Source: Amoeboaphelidium protococcarum X5
Lineage: Eukaryota; Fungi; Aphelidiomycota
Length of the DNA: 64,000 bases
Assembly (NCBI GenBank): GCA_023515725.1
Contig: JALDTO010000098.1
Location: forward strand, 1,328,164 to 1,392,163
Direction: 5' to 3'
In this document: piece by piece, positions 40,043 to 53,745 of the stretch
How the letters are laid out: every line of letters begins with the position of its first letter
Position numbering within the stretch: position 1 is the stretch's first letter
Program-made: the position numbers and the translations under genes
The notes under the pieces: model-generated
Told to the model about the DNA's origin: nothing
Databases searched by the model: none
Seen by the model: only the letters and a program-made list of their open reading frames with translations

Positions 40043-41356
40043 ATGTCCTAATTATTTCTTACTAAGCATGGGCGAATGGTTTACAATGTGTATCCCATCA
40101 AGCCAGTAAATGAACCTCGCATCAACAAACTGAGCACACTGCTGTTTTATCTCACTTATAATCCAAACAAGATTCAACTTGTGGCTAAGCACCTCAATTC
40201 CAAGGTGGAGATTGATGTGACGATGAAGAGTCATTAGGCAAATATTGTTTCGGTAAAGATTTTACACGCAATGTTGGACGAGTTGATCCGCAATGTGAAT
40301 GATCAGGATGTTCATCGTTAGCTGATTGTCATTGCATTAAAGTGTTGCTGGTCTCTACTGAAAGAAGAGGAGAAGTGTATTGTCAGTGGCGCGGTAAGAG
40401 TACTTGTCAAAATTGGCTCACTTATCAAGACCTACTACTAATACGATTATGTCATTAGTGATTGGTTTCAGAAATGTGTTTCAAGTTGTTGCAACATCGC
40501 TGACAAACTCTGTGCCGGCGCGGCTACTCAAGAGACTGGTAGTACTCCCATTGATAAGGACACGTATCTTTTGGTATAGTCTCTGTATCTCCTTTTTCCA
40601 ATTGCAATAACGTACATTGTGGATGATTTAGTGCAATCTAGTTGTATGATGCTCATTTAAACATTCTGCAATACTCCCAAGACTATTATCGAAGCTGCTG
40701 GTTCAGATGCCAAGCTGGGCAGGCCAATGAAGCAGACGCGCAAAGATGGTGATACCGTAAAATCGATCGCGTCCATAGGATTAACATATTCCAATTCATT
40801 ATCTGCTGATCATGAACCGCTTGTAGATTTAGCAAAGAACTGCTTCAAAAGCGTGGTGATGAATGTCAATAGTTTGCACTCTGTGTAATTCTCCGAATAG
40901 ATCCTGTTACAAGTACTTAATTCTAATGTTAGCAAGGAAGAAGGAAAATTGACAATTTTGGATTTCTTAATTGCCAAAGACATTGCCCATAGTGTTAATG
41001 GACGGTTGTTGACCATAGAGATTGTAAATACCGCGCTGATAATGGTGAATTAAAACATAACTGATAAGCGATCCACTTTGGCCAAGTATTTACGCGCTTT
41101 GCTTGACTCGCTAGCCCAAGATTTGCAAATTAACATTGTCGCTCTTGTAAGACCGATAATTCAGTCGTCACTGGTAGATAACGCTACAGCATCGGCAGAC
41201 TGGACAAGTGAAGTCCTTGAATTTCTAAAGATTTGTAAAGCATTTGCGGTGTATTCGCAGTAAGAGAATGAAGTCAAATATTTAGTGGAACATTTGAAAA
41301 AGTAGAATCCTTTGAAAGCTGAATTAATTAATGAGTTGTAAAGTCGCGCGCTATGA
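40043..41356 (+). CDS. EFR3: EFR3-like armadillo protein, short (437 aa)
   Basis: N-terminus KHGRMVYNVYP...EPRINKLSTLLFYLTYNPNKIQLVAKHLNSKVEID resembles the EFR3 N-terminal signature. Confidence 0.7.
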
Positions 41357-41748
41357 ATTGAGTGAAAACATAGAATAGATTGTAATGACTTTTGCATCTA
41401 CATACATCTCGATGATTCTCCCATAATCTTGTGCATGGGTGTCATGTGTGGCGTTATTTTTAAAACTTAAAAGGCCTCGAACGATCGATCGATTAGGAAA
41501 TCGGAATGTTTCTCGAGTGAATTCAAAAGCGTGAACAGTTCGCGGCAAAGTTGTCGCCTCGCCCGTTCTCGCCTTTTCTCTCCGATTCTCACTTCGTCCA
41601 TTCGAGGTTTTTATTCTCTCCGAGCAGCATAGTTGTTGTTGATATACCAGATTTCACCAAAAGCTTTATCCGCCGCACTAACTTCATTTATTGTTGTTTG
41701 ATTTGGCTGCTCTGTGAGAATTGGTGCTGGAAAGGCGAATTGTTAAGA

Positions 41749-43758
41749 ATGGACAGAGAAACTGCTTTGAGATTCTTACATCATCAGTCTCATGTTGATG
41801 GATCGTCGAACGAGGGCGATCGCTTGGTACAAGACTTTATACTGCTCAATGAGAATGCTTAAAACTTGTTTAATCGATTGAAATCACTACCTCTACATGG
41901 ACCGTCTTCACAGTGGCATTAGAGTTTCCAGGAGACCTTTCAAGTGTTTAGTAATTTATGGAAGTTCTAACAAGATCATCGACAGTTGCTGACCAAGGAG
42001 GGCGGGTATAATCTGCGCCGCTGGGAGATTGGAGACATTGCTAGTAAAATTGGTCAGCTTTATTACCATTATTACTTGCGAACATCTGAATACTATTATT
42101 TGAAGGAAGCGTACGTTTTCTATGAAGCTATAAGAGATCGATAGTACTTTCGTTACTCCAACTCTGCTCAGAGTATTGCTAGTGTGACCTTGTCTGAAGA
42201 TTCTCGTGATAACCAAGATTAGCTGTAGTAGTAATAAGGTTCAACTCTGTCTATAATTGTAAAGAAGATGCGATATTATGCTCGGTATATAGTCGTATGC
42301 CTACTGCTTAATACCACAGACTTGCTATAGAAGCTGACCTCAGAGTTTAGGTAGATCATTCAAGATTACTCCCAACACGATTAGTCCAAGTCTGATATTG
42401 CTGAATGGGAAATGATACTGAAAGAGGTTGAAGATTTTAGTCTGGCATCTACAAAGGTACTGCCGAAAGTTTTAAGACTGAGTATTATGGATCCTCCTAG
42501 GATTTAGTACGATGCCCGCATGAGTCCGGACAGGATAGTCTACGGCCACTCGTTTATCGAAGAGTGTATAATTGTTGGTTATAAGGGGAATGACGTGAAG
42601 TTTTCTGAGCTGAGCATTGATATGCATCGAATTTTGGTGTCTATGGAGTGTGCATCAACCTAAGCGACAGAAGATCCCGGATAGGATAATGATGAGTAGT
42701 CGCAGATGAGAGATCTTCGTTAGCAGTAGCAGTAAGAGTCTATGGCCAACAATTAGATGAATAGGTCTGGTAGAAGGCGAATGAATCCAAAGAACACTCT
42801 GCTGTATAAGCCATCTGCTGCTTTATGGCTTTATTGTGCGAGTTCAAGTTTACGTGATTGTCGTAATGGAGCCATGATGTTCTACTTTTCATGTGATGTA
42901 TCTGTGGATTAAGGGAACGTTTTAGTGTTGAATAACAGCAATGGTGGGGATGACTCGCGAGGAGATCAAATGTTAATGGCCCAGGATCTTTAGCCATATA
43001 GAAGGCGTCCGTTGCTGTTGGTTGTTGATGGTTGTAATGCTACCGCTTTCACCCAGCAATTGGAGTCTGATTAGAGTAACTAGTTCAAGTCTCCTCTTGT
43101 TATACTGTCTTCATCGCTCAAGTCATCTTCTTATAGTGATGGATAATCATTAATGACAATGTTCCTCTCTTGCCCCGTTGCTGCATTTTGTATTCTGTAC
43201 AACATCCAGTAGTGCTCATCCAAGTTGTGGGACTTGATGACTACGTAACTTGATCGCTTGTGTAATAACGTGTCTGAACTGTTAGTTGGTCTCAATTACA
43301 ATGTCAACTATTTTATGAATGATGTCTACGGCTGTCGTGTATTGTCGAGGTTCGTCCTCCTCTGTATTATTTTGGAAGATCGTAACAGAAGAGCATCCTC
43401 TGATAAAATCGAATAGATGCCTACTATATTCCCTCGATTGTAGGATGATATCTATCGAAATGACTATATACTGTCGCGTTTGTAAACACTGCTTACTACA
43501 GTTCAAGAATTGCTGTAGCAGTAGAAAGCTTAAGCACAGCCGCTCAGCTCGGTCGAGTTTGATAGCACGGGAAGCGTAGTCGGATCGTCGGTGCTTAATT
43601 AAAGTGGCAATGGAAACGTTCTCCATAATGCGTTTGATTCTACAGAGTATCAAAGTGGAAGTAGTGGTGGCATCTATGCGTAGAAAGTTGTTCAATTGGT
43701 AGCTCATCGACGAGTGGATAGCAGTAACAGTACGTTCAGTAATAGTAATAAGAACTGA
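41749..43758 (+). CDS. SCAI: SCAI family protein
   Basis: LWKFQQDHRQLL...LRRWEIGDIASKIGQLYYHYYLRTSE..YLKEAYVFYEAIRDRQYF, KKMRYYARYIVVCLLLN, VKFSELSIDMHR, NPKNTLLYKPS. Confidence 0.93.
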
Positions 43759-43858
43759 TTATTTGGTGAAAAATTAAGATTATGACATAATATTAACCGA
43801 GATGTATTAACTATGAGATCTTTTATCCCCATTTTAGTAAGTTCATCTCAATCAATAA

Positions 43859-44752
43859 TCACTCATTACCAGAGACTTTATTATCGCCAAGCTTCTATTC
43901 CAACTTTTTAAATTCCTCGTCAGCTTCATCATCAACTTGGTCTACTCTGGTCACCTGAGGAATGTAATACTTGAGCATAGATTCGACACCTCCCTTGAGA
44001 GTAGTGACTGAAGAAGAACATCCACGACATGATCCTTTCAAAATCACCTTGAGAACGCCATTATCTTCATTGAAAGAATCAAACACAATATCACCACCAT
44101 CCTGATGTATCAATGGCCTAATTCTTGTATCTAACAGTGTCTTTATGGCAATTACAACCTCAGAATCTGGCTCTGATTATGAAGATGAAGTAGAATGATC
44201 GCCGCCATCACTAGCACTACGCGTAGACCACGATTGAACATCTTCCACAGTAAAGACACTTTACGCCGCAGATTGACTCTCAGTGCTATCATTATCCTAA
44301 TTACCACCAACACCTTGATCATCTTTAAAATAATTCATAAGTACGCCGTAAATGTCCGGCTTCACAATGGGCCACATTGTCTCGTCATCAACAAGCACAG
44401 AGATGAAATCACGACCGATCATCATAGACTTTACCGACGGGATGGTGAGTATCTCTGCAGCCAAACGGCAATTCTTCGCCTCTGCCAAGGACATAAATTC
44501 ATACGCATTACTCACCGCGTGTTATTGTTATTATGATAAGGTGGTAGAATCGGGATCTTGACCATTAGAAGATGAGGAATTGGTAACTTGAGGCAGGATA
44601 GTCTTGGCAGAGTTCTTAAATACAGGCTTGAAGATTAAGCTATTCTCATTCGGAGTCTTTACTGACTGGATAAATACTGTCCTCCTTGTAATTCTACATT
44701 TCGCTAACTAGAGCGATTTACTCAATCTAACTATATTTCCAATTCTGAGCAT
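43859..44752 (-). CDS. NFU1: Mitochondrial Fe-S carrier Nfu1
   Basis: Basic presequence, FIQSVKTPNENSLIFKP, TRIRPLIHQDGGDI, LKGSCRGCSSSVTTLKGGVESMLKYYIP. Confidence 0.94.
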
Positions 44753-44967
44753 TTTAACACGCAAAATTTCACGTTCAAATAGAGTGATATTGGGTAAGAC
44801 AAGTAACAATGATAATGATGAAGAAAACGTGCGATGGTCGTTAAACCAAAAAGTTCTTCGGCGCGCGTTCAGTTCTCTTTTTCTACTTGTTCAGTAGTCG
44901 AACTTACCCTGTTTATAATCAACTCTTAGTCTATTGTTGGCCTTTTAATAATCAGTTTTAAGAAAGC

Positions 44968-46140
44968 ATGACGGTAGATAAAGATTTGTTGCTGTAGTAT
45001 AATTAGCAGTTTGATTTGGTGAAGAATAAAAGCAATGAGCAGATGAGTATCAAGCTGAAGTTGCAGTCTTATTCTGTTATTTTATTGAACATGTCTATTT
45101 TGTAATTCGAACAAGGTGATCTTGGATCTAGTCTGTAGTTGTGTGTAAAGTCTTTGGAATTGTCTGACAGCGGTTACAGTGCTTATAATGCCGTTAGTAG
45201 CTGGCGAGACGTGATTAGTCTGCATTTGATTATGAAATTGTACAGTAATAATTAGTTGGATGGTAATATTATCGACAATTGCGCTTCTTTCAAGTATGGC
45301 AAATATCCAAAAGTTATAGTGTAAAAATGTCCTGCTATATATAATGCCATACAAGGTGGAAATATGGTTATTGATGCTGGTAATAGCCTTGATATTCTAT
45401 CAATATTGATGCTGAATGGATGGAACGTTGATCTGTATTCACGTCGACTATTTCCACATCTGTCGTATAAACCATCTCTTTATGGTTGTAATGGACTTTC
45501 TCTCTTTGACATTAAACTGATTCTAATTTTGAATAATTTTATTAATAAAGGCCTTGGTAATACTCTTAGTGTGTCTTTATCATATCAGTCAACATAATTG
45601 AAGAGTAGCGATGATACGCGATAGACTTTACTGAGTTTATTATGGATGTATATTGTTAGTATGTACTCCTAATTGCCTTTAAATAACGGTAATAAACACC
45701 CGGAACTTGAAGCAGATTAAGTTATGTCGCTATTATACACGTTAAATGGTGATTAAAGTGATATTAGATTTATACCATTCTATGCATATGTGGCATAATA
45801 TCTCTAAAAATCTTCTGAAGATTTTAGCTTGGAGATTATGAAATACATTGACTGCATACAGTCTAGGTATTAGGAGAAGGAAGATGACCTTGTGGATTCT
45901 GACAGTCTAACATCTCGAGTCTCCAGATTAGTAAAAAATAAGCCTTATTCCATGGACAATGTTGAAAGTATCAAAGCTGAGATTTTGCGCGATTAGAATT
46001 GCAATTATAACAAGGTGTCTTCCCTACTTTAAGTCAATGAGTAGATCAGTAAAGAAGATTCTAATCCTCCAGAAAAGCAGTCTTAGTCCTCTGTAAAGAT
46101 ATAATCTTATCTGGAGTAATTACGGAAACTAAAGATATGA
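44968..46140 (+). CDS. Hypothetical protein, 390 aa
   Basis: Open ATG-to-TGA frame in code 6 with many in-frame TAA/TAG; no motif recognised. Confidence 0.6.
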
Positions 46141-46228
46141 TGAAGTAAGTGTAAAGCATTAAAGTCAGAATTTCGCTTTGAAATTTTCAGGTTCATCTAA
46201 TGCATTCTTAACATCAATCAACTAATCA

Positions 46229-48025
46229 TCATCCGTAAGCTGGAGGTGGATTAGGATCATTTGGATCGTTACGTTCATACTTGGGTAGATCTTCTGTAAC
46301 CGACGGTTGTGCCTAACTAGAGATATCACCAGATAAGTTTATAATGACAACATGCCCACCTTGGCCAGAGGAGGTTGGTGACAGAGGAATGTTGTTATTA
46401 GCACCACGCTAGACATTCCTCTCTCTGAGGAAACGATTAAATCCAGAATGACGCTACTTGTATCTGAAGAATGCATAACTAGAGCCCAATATTAAGAGTA
46501 AAATGCCCAGATTCTAAAAGATCACGGTCATTGCCGCAACCAATTGCCTCAACCGCCTGGTTAAATCTGAATCTTAATCATTATCTAAGGCCACCGTCAA
46601 CTTGACACCGTCTTTTGCCAGTAGGATAAAGCCTGATACCCCACTCTAACCGCTGATTATAACTATATCATCTCCGGTAACCGTAATGTCGGTCGGAGAG
46701 TCATAATCTTCAAGACCGTAGTAGTATGTAGCCAGAACAGTTCTATTTCTCGCATCTATCACAGAGTAGAATATGTCAGAATCATATTGATATGCCGAAT
46801 TCTGCATATTCTCAATGTATATGCCAGTCACGTACAGCATGCCAGTGCTCTGCTTATAGAAAGACGCGTATACAGAGGAGTAAGACGTCCTAGGTGCTTT
46901 GAATGGCTTTAATAAAGAGAGATTATTCGATGATGATGATTATGATTAATCATTAAAGGTCGAACTCCACTAAACGATACCGTTAAGAGTCATTGAAAAC
47001 ATTACAGCGCGGTAGTATCCATCCGGTACAGTGACGTTCAATTCCGATGACTTGCCATTAATGGATCCCATCACGTATATAACCTACGCATTCTTGTCAT
47101 ATTATAAAGTATTCAATACGATACCTTTTGCAATAGTAGACTTTGCAACACTGTTACTATCACTATCACTATCATCAACCAGGAATACCTTGGTCATCTC
47201 TACGTGTAAAGTTCTCTTATTAAAGCATTTCACGACGGATCCGCTGTAGTTGTAGACTCCCACTGTGCATACAAGATCCTTATCATCAACTAGAGTTAAA
47301 TCCAGATAATAACTACTGTTGGTAGGATCAGTAAATGACACGGATGGTTTATACAGGATTGATTACGAAGAAATGTAACCATTGTAGCTACTTGTGCCAT
47401 TGCTAATCTTTTACTAAGAGTTGTACACGGCTAGGTGAGCTCCGACAGAGAATATGGTTGCAGACCCATTTAGACTTCGATCAACAACACAATACGACAT
47501 TTAAATCCAGCTCTTGCCCATTGGAGAATCTGGCAGCCATTGTACAGACATATCAGTATCTTTCATGTACGTGAATAAATTAGGTCCATCACCTGTTCCA
47601 CCTTACCTCTCAGTTTTGTAATTATTGCCGCTTGTAGTTTACGATTGACCAGGTGGGCTATAAGCTAATCCAAATTGACCTTGAGTAGAGCCACCTGCTA
47701 TCAATGTCTCACCATCAGGAAGATAATCAAGGCAACTCAGTGAACTAAAACTTTGAGGGTCTCCAAATATTCGCGCACTTGATACACGCGGAGTATCACC
47801 TTCGTTCATAGATATCTACTTGATTTACATAAGATTCGACTTCTTGTAAATTTGACATCCCACGTACACATTGCCATTACTATCATTGAGAAGGGGTGAT
47901 GTTAAAGCAAAGCATCCGCCAACATCAGAGAGTTCGATCAAAGGCACGTTTGTATTACATTGCACATCATATCGCCACAATCCAAGTAATACACTAAGAA
48001 GACTTACTTATAACTGATGCTTCAT
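46229..48025 (-). CDS. Type I membrane protein (598 aa), beta-rich ectodomain, cytoplasmic EDLPKY and PPPAY motifs
   Basis: N-terminal signal, single TM near 46480-46540, tail ...EDLPKYERNDPNDPNPPPAYG. Same frame as track ORFs 47102..47341 and 46646..46840. Confidence 0.75.
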
Positions 48026-48247
48026 TATTTTATTGAATTTACACTGAGTATTACGTCAGAGAAGAGAGTGACCACATATGAGTACATCACATGGCCCGTA
48101 TATAAACTGTCTAAAAATAGATCACACCACACCTTCAGCTGATAAATGGGAAACCTCACAGACACTAATTGAAAAAGGAAGGATGTACATCATGTGTTTA
48201 TGTCTTTCTCTACATCAAAATTTATTCATCATTGCTATTGAAAAGTC

Positions 48248-49975
48248 TCATATAGCCGAGTATGCCGGCAAGTCTTCGCCCATTGGTGGAGCTGAAGCAA
48301 AAGCTGGCTGTGGTGCAGGATAGCCTTATTGAAATTACTGCGGCTACAACGGTGGACGATACTGTTGTTGAGGTGGATACTGCAACGGCTATTACTGCAA
48401 GGGAGCAGATGCATACGGCGAGAACGCCTAAACATTTCCAGGTGGATAAGGTGCAGCAACGGCCGGGACAGGTTGTGGAGCATAGGGATTATACGGATTG
48501 CTCGCAGCATTTGGACCGTAAGCGGACGGTGCATAGGGCGCCTAAGGATTGTGAATATTGTGATTTCCAATTGGAACACCACAGCACGTATACATAGGTA
48601 TACCAGTCCTCGACATCAATCTCATCCTCATACATACAGAAACCAGCACGATGATAATTATAAATATCGGGAAGATGATAACAAATGGAAGTATAGAGCT
48701 TGATGAACTACTACTGCCACGGCCTGAAGTACTAGAAGTTTTTGTTGTGCCCGTAACATACACCCCGCTTGAGCTGAATGAAGCACCAGATGAAGTGGTA
48801 ATCAGAATGAACCCATTGGTAGCACTAATGGAACTCAGTTAAGAATACCCGGTGATAACACAATGACCCGATTACGTGACCTCAATATCAGTAGGATACT
48901 CCATTCTAGTACTTCCATAAGCAGTGATCCGGACAGGCGAGTTGAACTACACCAGCAAAACATCAGTGTCAGACGTTGTGAATTGACGCCAACCAGTTAC
49001 GTGCAGTACAAGAGACGTGGGATGAATCGCAGCGGCAACAAACTGCGATCTGTATGTGGAGTACCTGTAATACAGCGACGCAACTCCATTGAGGTCGGAT
49101 TTCAATACAACACCATAGTCGAGCAAGCTGTTGAATTCCATGAATGGACCTCTAGCATAACCAACAATGTAAAGATTATAATTATCATAAACCAAATCGT
49201 TGAACACCACAATACCATCACTTTCATCACTGCAAAATGTCTTAAAGATCGTCTACGTACCAGTTCCCATATCCCATTTGGCAAAGAAGGAGCACGTATC
49301 ATTTTACCCAATGGTCAATAGATTGAAATTGTTTATGATAGCCTTGACGAATCGCATGTCCTTAGGAAGAGATGCCACCGAATACTACACCCCAGATACC
49401 GTTGACTGACTATCCATGAACCAAGAGTAAGGGCCTCGGACTGATGGTGATGTATCGCTTGTCCTGGAGCCTAGAGTCAGAAAGCCTTAAGAGGTATGTA
49501 GACACGCGCTGGCGTTAAACTGCGACATCAAAGAGTTATGCGTTAACTGAGATACACTAAGCGATCCAAAGGCAGAGTTGATGAAGACAGACCTTGAAAT
49601 GGCCGTACTATAAGTACCGCCATAAATGACTTCATTCCTATTTGCACTACTCAGCGATTGACTCATACAGGTGACATTATACTGTGCACTTCCAGAAGTT
49701 GACAACTGCTTCTCACGGTAAACATTAGTCTCCGGTGTTCCAAACGAGGATACGTACAATCTTTCAATCAGATCATCGTTATTTGATAGATAAGATCCCT
49801 TGCAATTGATGAAAAGCGAATCCAGCGAAGACTCAATATAGTATGGGGTCACAATGTTACATGACAAATAGTCGCTTTCTATGCTTATTGAGTAAGAGCC
49901 ACTGCACTAAACAAGCTGAGGGCAAAACACTAGTAGAAGAGCGGATGTGATTCTCTACTTGATCTTCATCATCAT
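48248..49975 (-). CDS. Type I membrane protein (575 aa), probable tandem paralog of 46229..48025, Pro/Tyr/Gln-rich tail ending EDLPAY
   Basis: Signal peptide, beta-rich ectodomain, Ser-rich stalk, TM ILPFVIIFPIFIIIIVLVSVC, tail ...MGEDLPAYSAI. Confidence 0.75.
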
Positions 49976-50253
49976 AAATAGAAATCTTATATTCCAAGCT
50001 GTATAAGATAAAATATTGCAATCTATGATTACGAATAAAAGAGATAAAGAAGGGTGGTTCAAAAGATGTGTGATCTATAAATATCTTGGACGTTGCTGCA
50101 TCGGTAACTTGAATCAAACTCCAACGCAAATTTCAGAATATTCTAATTCTAACTTAAGTGCATGGTAAAACATAAGGCTAAAAGTAATCATATATACTCA
50201 AGATTTCCGGAGCAAAATCAATCGCGGTAATATCTGACAGAGTCAATCAAGAA

Positions 50254-50967
50254 TCAATCATACTGGGGCAAACCAAACCGCTACAAATCCAAATCTTCCA
50301 GTGAACTCAAAATAGCACACACACCATCTACACACTACTTGTACTCGCTGTGATCAAGTTAATCATCTGGAACCCACACAACATTCATCTTGGCTCTCAA
50401 TCCAGCGAGAACACCATTAGGTGCATCTTCAAAGACTAGACAATGCTGGTAATTATCCGGGGAGGTGACACCTAATCGACGAGCAGCGACCAGAAATATA
50501 TCAGGATGAGGCTTCCCATGCAGCACCTCAGGATCGCATCCCGTAACTATAGTGTCAAAGAGAGAGAAAAGGTGCTGATTTTCTGCAGAGCTTGTCTTCA
50601 ACTTGAACGCGTCCAAATGACTAGACGTGGCGACGGCGATCGGGATCTCGTTGGCTTTCAGATGGCGAATCAGTTTCTCTACACCAGGCATAGGTTTGGC
50701 ACTGGGAAACAGTTCAGCGTGTTTGGCATTTCGCTCCATCAGATAATCCTCTGGCGTCAGTACTCCCTCCAATTCCAGCTCTCTAATCATCAATTCCGCA
50801 GCTTCCTACTATCGCAAACCCATCAGCTTACTTTTTAGAGTCCACGAATACTACCTCCCATATCTTGATAAAATCTCAGTAGTGACCATAGAATAAATAT
50901 GCTCTGTATTCAACAAGAGCCCATCCATATCAAATATACAATACTTGATCTACAACTAGCCAGTCAT
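50254..50967 (-). CDS. PUDP: HAD hydrolase, pseudouridine-5'-phosphatase (HDHD1/PUDP-like)
   Basis: IFDMDGLLLNTE, IAVATSS, GKPHPDIF, CLVFEDAPNGV. Confidence 0.88.
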
Positions 50968-51225
50968 TTTATTACAAATGTATTTACGTGTAATATTTTA
51001 AATTGATTCGCTAATAAAATGCCTGATTGTTGATATCTTGGGTGTAAATTCATAAGATAGAGATCGCCTTGTTGAAAGCGTTTCTTCGTCAGTCATCATC
51101 GCTCGTCCTTTGTTTCAATCGTTCCCTCTCTTTTTTTTCTCTTGTTCTCGTTCAGATTGAGTATATCACCGGTAGAACAATAGGTAGTGTGGTTATATAC
51201 TACAGTACGGTTTTTTAGTTTAAGA

Positions 51226-53421
51226 ATGCCTTTGGTTGTGAATTGTTAATTGGATAATTATGCTGTGGCATATGCTGGTGAATAGTTGGATGCTAGTCTA
51301 TCTTTGTAGTTGAGCTGTACAGCTAATTCCACTGCGGCCCTTTTATAATAGCCAGTGTCTCTGGCTCAGTCTACCACTCAATCTAACTCTTCCTTGTATT
51401 CTAATAATAATTCCCAACAAGGCGAACAAAACAATGATGATAATTCTGCAGCAGTATCGGTGGATAACACTTAGATTTAGAGTTAAAGAACTAGTGTTGG
51501 CTCATTGTAATTACCTTAGAGTGTGAGGGTGCCACAAGTTGTGAATTTATAGGCCTGGTAGTAGTAATTAGCATATTAAGAATAATCTGAGAGTGCTTTA
51601 GTATCTAACGCGACATCTGTGAGTAGTCATGAAAATGACTAGTAGTCTGATGTCTATTAATAAGAGTTGGAACCTACCGGTTTTGTTGTGAAAGCGAGTT
51701 AGATTAAGTAGAGGCTCGAATCCAAGTCTGCCACTAGCTCAAGTAGTCAGCATTAATAATCTTACTGGTACTGGCCGTTTAGCTAAGTTAATAACAAGCC
51801 ATAAGATGAAGACAGGTAAAGTGTAGTGTAAATTTAAGACGTTTCCGCTCAAAGTGAATTAGACGGTACCAATTTTGAAGCATAGTAAGAAGTTTTAAAA
51901 ATTGAGACGCAGCCATAGTTAGGCAAGTCAGATCAGCAATCTCTCAAGTAACCGCCTTAGAGTGTTAGTATCAAATCTGCCACTTCAAGTAAGCCTAGTG
52001 TCACTTCTGTATCCACTATCAACTCAAAACCTTCTATTAGTGATATTGTTAGTCCTTATATGTTTAATCAGGCTAATGGAGGTGAATTTAAAATGTTATA
52101 ATCTCCGGAAACTGAGTACATACCATCTGCAGAGGTGGTTGAGCAACTTGATCTCAACTGTGGATTCATTCAGTTTGTGGGATACATCACTCAAAAAGAC
52201 AATTTACTTTCGAATGATTAAATAGAAAATAGGAGGAAGATGTTAAAAACTGCATCTGCTGGTGCCGGATCTTTTGTTGCTGAAGTGTACAATGCATTGA
52301 TTAAAGAAAACGCCATACCCGTTGTGTTATGCCCGCCTGTGGTTGTATTCAGTAATCTCAGACTTCGATGTTCAGAATCTAGAATTGATAGTAAGCAGTA
52401 TAAATGTTAGTTCAAACTACCTTAACACCTGCCTCCCTCATTCATTTGTTCAAAGATGAGAATAAAGTACATGATGATTTTTGGAATTTAGCGATAGTTT
52501 GATGAACAACCGTACCTGATTAATATGCCTGTGCGCATTTAGAATAGCTGCCTGAGTTCCGCAGATAAAATGCAATGGACATCTCCACTGATCATGTCAA
52601 AGGACCGAATTTAATTCGTTAACTAGGATGTCGATATTGAAGAATATTTTTAGCAGAGACGTGGAAGTGATGGTAGTTTTACTCGCCACTCTTAGAGTTC
52701 GAATGTGTTACCATAAGATCCAGGTTGTAATTAGACTTCCACTGCTCGGAGAAGGTCAAGCGAATCGCGGCACAAAGCTGGAAAGTCTCTGCTATAAGTT
52801 GCTGCACTTTTGTAGCAATAGACGCAAGCATTTCAGTTTGATATTTAGAGAGAAGGGGTACATGTTTGCCAGATGACTCTCAATAGGAAGACTCAAATTA
52901 TTGGTGGGTCCATATTAATTAATCTTGATTTCTCTGACGGTCATATCAATTGCTTTGCTGTTGGAATCCACTTGGAATCTGTTGTTAGTGTGCGTAAACT
53001 ATCCAAAACTTAGGATTTGGTCGATACTCATTCTAGCGTGTTTAAAGAATGCTATCAAGTTTCATCTCTCAGCTGCAGGTTAAATATTCCTTCAAGTGTT
53101 ACGGGAGATTTCTCCATGGCTAATCTCGATCTGGCGTGGCGAATTCGGTTTGAATTTCAGGCTCTATCTGGCGCGTGTGAATTTGAAAGCAATTCGTATT
53201 CTCATGATGCATTTGTTGCTGAGCATAAAGATGATGGTCAGTGTGAGATAAGTCATAAAACTGTTATGGATTCGATTCAACTGGCTCCCAAAATTGTTGA
53301 CGTTGACCGCTTCAATTGCTTCGTACCCATATAGATACTCCCGGCTGATTACGAGACTTCTTCAGTATATCCGGCATCCTAGACTTTTATTATGCTGCCC
53401 GACAATAAAGATGATTAATGA
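51226..53421 (+). CDS. RGP1: Rgp1 subunit of the Ric1-Rgp1 Rab6/Ypt6 GEF
   Basis: N-terminal AYAGEQLDASL, FKLPQHLPPSF...YMMIFGIQR, LAWRIRFEF, FNCFVPIQILP; long Q/S-rich insert. Confidence 0.78.
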
Positions 53422-53745
53422 TGATGATTGCATTTTATTTTGTAATTCTTATCGTCTCCGTTCTTTGGTGTACGTTCTTTGGCTCATAATTCTAATTGAC
53501 TGTGAATACACTTTTGTTTTTCTGTCTGTGTAGATTCAGCGAACATAACAGATTTCTGTAACGATTGCAACTTTAATCGATTTTCAGGCATTTTCAATCT
53601 CAAGCAACTTGTAGATTGATTGTCGTCAAGGTGGTCTTTTGTTTCTTGAGGACATTTTGATTTTAAATCTGAAACAAGTACTGACTTAGCTGACAGCGTT
53701 TACTGGCACTTAATTTAGTTTATTTGAGCTGATATCTCAGAGAAT

